Notes under the pieces: model-generated
The model's input: only the letters and a program-made list of their open reading frames with translations
Databases searched by the model: none
What the model was told of the DNA's origin: nothing
From: Patescibacteria group bacterium
GTDB taxonomy: Bacteria > Patescibacteriota > Patescibacteriia > 2-01-FULL-39-33
Length of the DNA stretch: 32,000 bases
Direction: 5' to 3'
NCBI GenBank assembly: GCA_041662745.1
Contig: JBAZRV010000002.1
Location: forward strand, 150,001-182,000
Translations under genes and position numbers: made by a program
Shown: piece after piece, positions 8,273-14,358 of the stretch
Layout of the letters: each line of letters opens with the position of its first letter
Numbering within the stretch: the first letter of the stretch is position 1

Positions 8273-9022
8273 ATGATTATGCCAAATATTTTATGGTCAA
8301 TTTCGGCCGTAGCTGTTGTCAGCCTGCTGTCGTTCTCCGGAGCGCTCAGCTTGTTTCTTAACGAAAAGTGGCTGAACAAAGCTTTGATTTATTTTGTCTC
8401 CTTCGCGGCCGGTTCCATGATCGGCGCGTCCTTTTTCCATTTATTGCCCGAAGCCTTAGAAACAATTCCTTCATTAGAGGTTTTTATCGCCGTTTTAGTC
8501 GGTTTCTCGCTTTTCTTCGTCTTGGAAAGATTCTTGCGTTGGCATCATTGCCATAATGGGAAATGCGAAACTCATAATCATTTGGGCTGGCTGAATTTGA
8601 TCGGCGACGGTTTTCACAATGCGATTGACGGCATGGTCATCTTTGCCTCCTTTTTGGGCGGTCCGGTTTTGGGCATACCGGTTACTTTATCCATAATCCT
8701 TCATGAAATTCCGCAGGAATTGGGAGATTTCGGGGTTTTACTATATTCCGGATTTACCAAAAAGAAGGCTTTATTTTATAATTTGTTTTCCGCCTGCATG
8801 GCCTTTGTCGGCGTGTTGCTAGGTTGGATGTTTTATCAACAAAGCGAACTGGTTTCCGCTTTACTTCTGCCTTTTGCCGCCGGCGGTTTTATTTATATCG
8901 CTTCCTCGGATTTGATTCCCGAATTGCATAAGGATAGGAATTTGACCCGCGCTGTTTTATCTTATATTTTGTTTGTTTCGGCTTTAGTTTTCATGTATTT
9001 TATGAAAGTGTGGTTTGAATAG
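8273..9022 (+). CDS. ZIP family metal transporter
   Basis: HxxPEAL, HNxxDGMVI, HEIPQELGD motifs. The track ORF begins at 8231, but the first codons (MRSSYVHYPPP) come from IR-C; ATG at 8273 is a more natural start. Confidence 0.88.
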   Translation: MIMPNILWSISAVAVVSLLSFSGALSLFLNEKWLNKALIYFVSFAAGSMIGASFFHLLPEALETIPSLEVFIAVLVGFSLFFVLERFLRWHHCHNGKCETHNHLGWLNLIGDGFHNAIDGMVIFASFLGGPVLGIPVTLSIILHEIPQELGDFGVLLYSGFTKKKALFYNLFSACMAFVGVLLGWMFYQQSELVSALLLPFAAGGFIYIASSDLIPELHKDRNLTRAVLSYILFVSALVFMYFMKVWFE

Positions 9023-9087
9023 ATTAGCTGTTAATTATTTCTTTCCGCCTGTCGGCAGGGTTAGCGTTAAAATATTATCTGGAAATT

Positions 9088-10161
9088 ATGAAAAAAATCA
9101 TATATCTAATCGTTTTTCTGTCAGCGTTTTGGCCGGCTTTGGCATTAGCTCAGTATTCGCCTGTCGGCGATAATCAGAATATTTATTATTATTCCGCCAC
9201 TTGCCCGCATTGTCTTAATGTCCACGAATTTTTTGATCAGTATGATATTTTAAAAAAATATAACATCATAGAGAAAGAGGTGTCGCAGAATCCCAAAAAC
9301 GCCAAGGAGTTTTATGATTTATGCGTGGCTAAGAGCGTGCCGCCCGAGGATATTGGCGTACCTTACTTGCATTTTGAGGGTCAGTGCCTGTCCGGCGATC
9401 AGCCGATCATTGATTTTTTTAAAGCTAAATTGGGACTGATGGAGGAAAGCCAGCCGCCGAACGGCGGTCCGGCAACAGGCAAGACAGATAACGGCTTGAC
9501 GATCGGGGCGGTAACCGTGGCGGCTTTGGCCGATTCCATCAACCCTTGCGCCTTCTCGGTTATGATTTTCCTAATGTTGTCGCTTTTGGCTATCGGCGCT
9601 AAGAAGAGAATGCTTAAGATCGGCATCACTTATATTATTACTGTCTATATCGTTTACTTGGCGGCCGGATTGGGTTTGCTGGCAACCTTTCAATGGCTTA
9701 GCGTCATTAGCAAATATATTTTATGGCTGGCGGCCGGACTGGCGATTATTGCCGGACTAATTAACATTAAAGACTTTTTTTGGTATGGCCAGGGGATTAC
9801 TCTGGCTATTCCCGAAGATAAGAAGCCGCTATTGGAAAAATATATCAAGCACGCCTCACTGCCGGCGGCAATTGTTTTGGGGTTTTTAGTCGCCCTGTTT
9901 GAACTGCCTTGCACCGGCGGATTTTATTTGGCTATTCTGGCCTTGTTGGCTCAAGAAATGACTTATTGGAGCGGGGTGGCTTATTTGCTGTTTTATAATA
10001 TTGTTTTTGTGGCGCCGTTATTTATTATTTTAGCCATTGTGTATAAAGGCGTATCGCCGCAACAGTTGGAGAATTGGCGTACGGCCAAACGCAAATGGCT
10101 ACGGCTGTTGATGGGATTAGTGTTAGTTGTGTTGGGTTTGAGTTTGATATTTCTATTTTAA
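9088..10161 (+). CDS. Thioredoxin-like domain fused to a CcdA/DsbD-type membrane domain
   Basis: Signal peptide, YYYSATCPHCLNVHEFF, then multi-TM LADSINPCAFSVMIF...ELPCTGGFY. Confidence 0.85.
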   Translation: MKKIIYLIVFLSAFWPALALAQYSPVGDNQNIYYYSATCPHCLNVHEFFDQYDILKKYNIIEKEVSQNPKNAKEFYDLCVAKSVPPEDIGVPYLHFEGQCLSGDQPIIDFFKAKLGLMEESQPPNGGPATGKTDNGLTIGAVTVAALADSINPCAFSVMIFLMLSLLAIGAKKRMLKIGITYIITVYIVYLAAGLGLLATFQWLSVISKYILWLAAGLAIIAGLINIKDFFWYGQGITLAIPEDKKPLLEKYIKHASLPAAIVLGFLVALFELPCTGGFYLAILALLAQEMTYWSGVAYLLFYNIVFVAPLFIILAIVYKGVSPQQLENWRTAKRKWLRLLMGLVLVVLGLSLIFLF

Positions 10162-10182
10162 AATTCTTTTTGATAAATATTG

Positions 10183-10214
10183 CCCACCTTAGTATTGGTT
10201 AAGGTGGGTTTATT
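10183..10214 (+). terminator. Rho-independent terminator
   Basis: CCCACCTTA-GTATTGGT-TAAGGTGGG followed by TTTATTTTG. Confidence 0.75.
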
Positions 10215-10243
10215 TTGTTTAAAATTAGGTATTATTTATTGAT

Positions 10244-10286
10244 TGTGGATAAACCCCTTGACAAAATATTAATATCGTGAGATAAT
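10244..10286 (+). promoter_or_regulatory. Strong sigma70-like promoter for the DGR target operon, preceded by a DnaA-box-like 9-mer
   Basis: TGTGGATAA (10244-10252), N5, TTGACA (10258-10263), 17-nt spacer, GATAAT (10281-10286). Confidence 0.75.
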
Positions 10287-10319
10287 CTATGCAGTACGTT
10301 ACATCTGGCAGGCCTTAGG

Positions 10320-10338
10320 CCGGAGAATAGTTCTCCGG
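10320..10338 (+). promoter_or_regulatory. 5'-UTR stem-loop upstream of DGR target 1
   Basis: CCGGAGAA-TAG-TTCTCCGG, 8-bp perfect stem. Confidence 0.55.
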
Positions 10339-10370
10339 TAGGAGGTAAGCCGCAACATGGGAGAAAGACC

Positions 10371-11057
10371 ATGAAAAAGAAGAGTGAGTTCTTGAGTGCC
10401 CTGGGTGTTATGTGGGAGATTTGGAAATCGCTGACGGACGAAATTTTGTCTTTAGGCGGCGATGACGAGGCGATTTGCCTTATTAAGGCGAATAATGATC
10501 TGCGAAGGCAAATGGCCGAATTGGTAATGGCTAAAGCGCGTGACATCAAAGACGCCGCCAAGCAAATCGTCTCGCCGTATCTGACGTCTGTCCATGACCT
10601 CGTCATTGACTTCAGTCAGGATCTCGGGCAGATGATTGCCGCCGGCAAGTATGACTGGACCAACTCCGACATTACCGCCGAGCATTTTCCTCTTAATGGA
10701 GCGGGTAAGCGGAAGGTCCGAGTCGAGTTGCTTCACTTCAATCAGTATTTCAAAAATGGCGATGAAGTGATTGCCAAACTGAAAGAAGTCAATAAGTGGC
10801 TGGCCCAGCAAGGAGCGAACTATCGCTATCGTTTCTCTCGCATTGAAGAGTTTTTGGCTTTGGGCGTGGTCCAACCCGGTCTGCAACGGCAATTTCCCAT
10901 TGCCGCTCTGGGCTCAATTTGGCACCGTGCCGGCCTCCGCGACTTCGCTTACCTCTACGGGTTTGGTGCGGAGCGCGACCTGCGCCTGCGCTGTCTTGAG
11001 TTTGACTTCGGCGGCCCTTGGCGGTTCGCTGTTGTCCGCGAGCATGCCTGCCGGTAG
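10371..11057 (+). CDS. DGR target (variable) protein 1
   Basis: 228 aa; shares GKYDW.NS.I.A..FP..., IEE.LALG..QP.LQRQFPIAALGSIWH and REHACR with target 2; C-terminus is VR1. Confidence 0.93.
   Translation: MKKKSEFLSALGVMWEIWKSLTDEILSLGGDDEAICLIKANNDLRRQMAELVMAKARDIKDAAKQIVSPYLTSVHDLVIDFSQDLGQMIAAGKYDWTNSDITAEHFPLNGAGKRKVRVELLHFNQYFKNGDEVIAKLKEVNKWLAQQGANYRYRFSRIEEFLALGVVQPGLQRQFPIAALGSIWHRAGLRDFAYLYGFGAERDLRLRCLEFDFGGPWRFAVVREHACR
10918..11039 (+). repeat. DGR variable repeat 1 (VR1)
   Basis: Ungapped alignment to TR 12002-12123 (offset 1084): 26 mismatches, 23 at TR adenines. Confidence 0.95.
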
Positions 11058-11066
11058 GCAGGCATG
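11043..11066 (+). promoter_or_regulatory. Hairpin/cruciform just downstream of VR1 (candidate DGR target-recognition element)
   Basis: CATGCCTGCC-GGTA-GGCAGGCATG, 10-bp perfect stem, 3 bp after the VR1 end; contains the TAG stop of target 1. Confidence 0.8.
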
Positions 11067-11117
11067 TTACCTTGATTCCTTGAACCTTGACACCAAAATC
11101 GGAAAAAGGAGGACATC

Positions 11118-11729
11118 ATGAGAACTGTAAGTAAAACCGGAAACAAAAAAGTCAGAACTGGAACTATCTCCGCCATCACTGGCGCGATAATCTGCCAAGG
11201 CGGAAAAGCCAAGGACTTGACTGCGATTGTCAGAAATGATGAATTGCTCAAACAATTGGCCACGACCATTATCGAACTGTCCAAAAAGATCATTCAAGTC
11301 ATTGTTGACTGCACCATGTCGCTCGGCGATATGATCGACGCCGGCAAGTATGACTGGGTGAACTCGAACATCAACGCCAACAACTTCCCGATCAGCAGGA
11401 AGGGTAAGAAGGTGGTCAGCATTGAACTCTGGCATCCCAACAGGTATTTTAATAACGGCGATGAAGTGATTGCCGAGCTGAAAAAAACTAAACCCGGCTA
11501 TCGTTTTACTCAGATTGAAGAACTCCTGGCCTTAGGCGCGGTCCGACCCGATCTGCAACGGCAATTTCCCATTGCCGCTCTGGGCTCAATTTGGCACCCT
11601 GCCGGCGACCGCGACTTCGCTTTCCTCGACAGGCATGATGCGGAGCGCAACCTGTTCCTGGACTATCTTGAGCGTGACTTCAGCGACCGTTGGCGCTTTG
11701 CGGTTGTCCGCGAGCATGCCTGCCGGTAG
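11118..11729 (+). CDS. DGR target (variable) protein 2
   Basis: 203 aa paralogue of target 1; Shine-Dalgarno AAAGGAGG upstream; C-terminus is VR2. Confidence 0.93.
   Translation: MRTVSKTGNKKVRTGTISAITGAIICQGGKAKDLTAIVRNDELLKQLATTIIELSKKIIQVIVDCTMSLGDMIDAGKYDWVNSNINANNFPISRKGKKVVSIELWHPNRYFNNGDEVIAELKKTKPGYRFTQIEELLALGAVRPDLQRQFPIAALGSIWHPAGDRDFAFLDRHDAERNLFLDYLERDFSDRWRFAVVREHACR
11590..11711 (+). repeat. DGR variable repeat 2 (VR2)
   Basis: Ungapped alignment to TR 12002-12123 (offset 412): 15 mismatches, all at TR adenines. Confidence 0.96.
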
Positions 11730-11738
11730 GCAGGCATG
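11715..11738 (+). promoter_or_regulatory. Hairpin/cruciform just downstream of VR2
   Basis: Identical CATGCCTGCC-GGTA-GGCAGGCATG, 3 bp after the VR2 end. Confidence 0.8.
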
Positions 11739-11775
11739 TTACCTTGATTCCTTGAACCTTGACCCCTTGAATTTT

Positions 11776-11811
11776 CCGCGCGATGACCATAGTTATCGCG
11801 CGGCTTTTATT
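11776..11811 (+). terminator. Terminator-like hairpin after the DGR target operon
   Basis: CCGCGCGAT-GACCATAGTT-ATCGCGCGG (9-bp stem) followed by CTTTTATTTT. Confidence 0.75.
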
Positions 11812-12001
11812 TTATCTAATTTTTTACTATAATAGAGCCAAGGGTTAATACTCCCGCGGCCACGGTTTCGGGATACCCGCAAAATAAACAAGATTGCTCG
11901 GCGTCTGATGTTGGCGGGTTTAAAGACCCCGAATAAAATACAGCCGGAAGATACGGCCTGGCTGTTCAACCGGCAGTGGCTACAGATGGCGTCAGACGAA
12001 T

Positions 12002-12123
12002 TTTGGCACCATGCCGGCAACCGCAACTTCGCTTACCTCAACAGGAATGATGCGAAGCGCAACCTGAACCTGAACTATCTTGAGAATGACTTCAACGACA
12101 ATTGGCGCTTTGCGGTTGTCCGC
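12002..12123 (+). ncRNA. DGR template repeat (TR), core of the expected template RNA
   Basis: Asn-codon-rich (7 AAC, 3 AAT) copy of both VRs; it is the adenine-rich partner at every adenine mismatch. Confidence 0.95.
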
Positions 12124-12556
12124 TATCAATTTTGTTTTCCGTCCTCGCTGTTGGCGGGGATGTTTTTTCCAAACCGATTTTCCACGCATAGGCCAACCGT
12201 CCGATTTCCTCAATTTTAAGCGCCAAATCGCGGAATTTATTATCATTAAATAGCTTCATTTCCCAGCACAGCCGCAAATAAAATTTCAGCAGATCGATTT
12301 TTTTTATTGATTTTATTGCCGGTTTTAATTTTTTGTCTTTCGGCAGATATTGGGCGGTGGCCAGTATTTCCAATAGTTCCAGAAATATCTGATCCAGGCG
12401 GATGCCCAAGGTAAAGCGAGATGTTTTGGGAAAATTTTTTAACCAATCATGCCAAAGTTTGTAGGCAGCGATGGTTTTGCCCAGAACCAGTAAATTTCCC
12501 GTCGGGGGGGGGGATTTAAAGGATGAATTATGAGAAATAAGATCAGATTGAGTCAT
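12092..12556 (-). CDS. avd: DGR accessory variability determinant-like four-helix-bundle protein
   Basis: LVLGKTIAAYKLWHDWLKNFPKTSRFTLGIRLDQIFLELLEILATAQY...KLKPAIKSIKKIDLLKFYLRLCWEMKLFNDNKFRDLALKIEEIGRLAYAWKI matches the Avd pattern (KFPKxxRxTLG...EIGR); adjacent to TR and RT. Confidence 0.85.
   Translation of the reverse strand: MTQSDLISHNSSFKSPPPTGNLLVLGKTIAAYKLWHDWLKNFPKTSRFTLGIRLDQIFLELLEILATAQYLPKDKKLKPAIKSIKKIDLLKFYLRLCWEMKLFNDNKFRDLALKIEEIGRLAYAWKIGLEKTSPPTARTENKIDSGQPQSANCR
12504..12513. repeat. G10 homopolymer (C10 in the avd coding strand)
   Basis: GTCGGGGGGGGGGATTT read directly. Confidence 0.9.
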
Positions 12557-13588
12557 AGTTTTGACGAGATTATTTGTCTTGATAATTTATTGGCGGCCTG
12601 GCGGGAATTCGTCCGTGGCAAAAGAGACAAGAAAGACGTGCAAGAATTCCAGTGGCAACTGATGGATAATCTTACAGTGCTTCATTGGAATTTGGCAAGC
12701 GGCGATTATTGCCATGGCGGCTATCAGGCCTTTAAGATTTGTGATCCCAAATCGCGGCAAATCCATAAGGCGTCGGTTCGGGACAGATTAGTCCATCATG
12801 CGATTTATCGGATTTTGTATCCGTTCTTTGATCGGACTTTCATCGCCGATTCTTATTCCTGCCGGCTGGGCAAGGGCACGCATAGGGCCTTGGCTCGGTT
12901 CAGTGAATTCGCTTACTCCGCCAGTCGGAACAATACCCGCACTTGCTGGGTTTTGAAGGGCGATATCAGGAAGTTTTTTGCCAACATTAATCATGGGATA
13001 TTGAAAGAGATTTTGGCCGAGTATATTCTAGATAAAAAGATTTTGGGGTTATTGGATGAAGTGATTGACAGCTTTCACTGTGTTAATGATAACCTGGATT
13101 CCTGCTTTCGCAGGAATGACAAGGGGAAGGATGAGGATGTCAGTGGTAGTAGAGGTCTGCCATTAGGCAATCTGACTTCGCAACTTTTAGTTAATATTTA
13201 CATGAATAGATTCGATCAATTTGTTAAGCATAAATTACAAGTCAAGTATTATATCCGCTATGCTGATGATTTCGTGATAATATCTAATGACAAAGGAGAT
13301 CTAATTCGATTATTGGAGTTGATTAGCAATTATTTGAAACAAGAACTGAAATTGGAGCTTCATGATGATAAAATTTCCATTCGCACTCTTAGTTCAAGCA
13401 TTGATTTCTTGGGCTGGATTAATTTTCCCCGTCATCGTGTTTTACGGACAAAAACTAAAAGGAGGATGTTTAGGAGATTGCGGGATAATTTTAGGTCAGA
13501 AGCGGTTAATTCGTATATCGGCCTGCTAAGTCATGGCAATGCTTATGGATTGCAAAAAAAGATTGCTAAATTAGCTGATTTTTGTTAG
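12530..13588 (+). CDS. DGR-type reverse transcriptase
   Basis: HKASVRDRLVHHAIYRIL...FIADSYSCRLGKGTHRAL...LKGDIRKFFANI...GLPLGNLTSQLLVNIYMNRFDQFVKHKL...YIRYADDFVII...LSSSIDFLGW. The LPxGNxTSQ motif fits DGR RTs. Confidence 0.95.
   Translation: MRNKIRLSHSFDEIICLDNLLAAWREFVRGKRDKKDVQEFQWQLMDNLTVLHWNLASGDYCHGGYQAFKICDPKSRQIHKASVRDRLVHHAIYRILYPFFDRTFIADSYSCRLGKGTHRALARFSEFAYSASRNNTRTCWVLKGDIRKFFANINHGILKEILAEYILDKKILGLLDEVIDSFHCVNDNLDSCFRRNDKGKDEDVSGSRGLPLGNLTSQLLVNIYMNRFDQFVKHKLQVKYYIRYADDFVIISNDKGDLIRLLELISNYLKQELKLELHDDKISIRTLSSSIDFLGWINFPRHRVLRTKTKRRMFRRLRDNFRSEAVNSYIGLLSHGNAYGLQKKIAKLADFC
13091..13122. repeat. Dispersed palindromic repeat inside the RT ORF
   Basis: AACCTGG-ATTCCTGC-TTTC-GCAGGAAT-GACAA; second copy at 22974-23004. 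Confidence 0.8.
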
Positions 13589-13618
13589 GATACCAGTATA
13601 ATTTATGCGCAGAATCTT

Positions 13619-14356
13619 ATGTCTTTTTTGGATAAAATTCTAAAATCCTCCGGCAATACCTTATACTATCCCGGCTGTCTGACCAAATACGTAGCCAAGG
13701 ATATTTTTGATAATTACAAAAAACTGCTGGAAATGTGCGGCGAGGATTTTATCATTTTGCCGGACAAGGAAGTTTGTTGCGGTTCGCCGGCCATTAATGC
13801 CGGCTTTAAGGCTGAGGCCAAATCTTTAGTCGGGAAAAATCTAGAATTATTCAAACAGTATAATATCAAAAAAATCATTACCGGCTGTCCGGCCTGCTAT
13901 CGCGTGTTCAGCCATGAATATCCCAAAATTCTATCAGATTCTTGGGGTATTGAGGTGGAACACATGACCACCTATCTGCTGGAAAAGTTAAAGTCCGGCA
14001 AACTTAAATTGCCAGAAGTTAAAATCAAAGCCGCCTATCACGATCCCTGCCATTTGGGCCGGCATAGCCGGATTTATGAGGAACCGCGAGAGTTGCTCAG
14101 GGCCATAGGCGTAGACTTGCAAGAAATGGCGTTGAACCGCGAATATGCTTTCTGTTGCGGCGCGGGCGGGGGGGTGCAATCCAATCATAAGGAGTTGGCG
14201 GAAAAGATCGCCACCGAGAGGGTGAGCCAAGCCGTGGCTACGACCGCCGAATACCTGGTAACGCCTTGTCCCATGTGCGCTTATAATTTGCGCAATGGTA
14301 CGGGCGATAAGATTAAAGTCGTGGAATTTTCGGAAGCGCTATTGGGTAAAATATAA
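13619..14356 (+). CDS. CCG-domain (Fe-S)-binding oxidoreductase subunit (LutA/GlpC-like)
   Basis: LYYPGCLTKY...EVCCGSPAINAG...YHDPCHLGRH...CCGAGGGVQS...CPMCAYNL. Confidence 0.85.
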   Translation: MSFLDKILKSSGNTLYYPGCLTKYVAKDIFDNYKKLLEMCGEDFIILPDKEVCCGSPAINAGFKAEAKSLVGKNLELFKQYNIKKIITGCPACYRVFSHEYPKILSDSWGIEVEHMTTYLLEKLKSGKLKLPEVKIKAAYHDPCHLGRHSRIYEEPRELLRAIGVDLQEMALNREYAFCCGAGGGVQSNHKELAEKIATERVSQAVATTAEYLVTPCPMCAYNLRNGTGDKIKVVEFSEALLGKI

Positions 14357-14358
14357 TT

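Noticed and set aside
11043-11066. CATGCCTGCCGGTAGGCAGGCATG considered as an ordinary Rho-independent terminator
   Set aside because: No T-run follows either copy, the stop codon lies inside it, and a better terminator exists at 11776-11811. A generic dispersed repeat remains possible and is stated as a refutation route.
10452-11293. Antisense ORFs across the DGR targets (10452-10892, 10955-11293, 11067-11435)
   Set aside because: They oppose well-supported target genes that have ribosome-binding sites, a promoter and VR logic; they result from GC-biased coding on the other strand.
10371-11729. Target genes considered as plain tandem paralogues without a retroelement
   Set aside because: The adenine-specific mismatch pattern against a third copy, plus the adjacent RT and Avd-like protein, is not explained by ordinary duplication and drift.
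12530-13588. RT considered as a retron or group II intron RT
   Set aside because: LPLGNLTSQ motif, no maturase/endonuclease domain, no intron RNA ends or msr/msd-like structure recognised, and a clear TR/VR system next to it.
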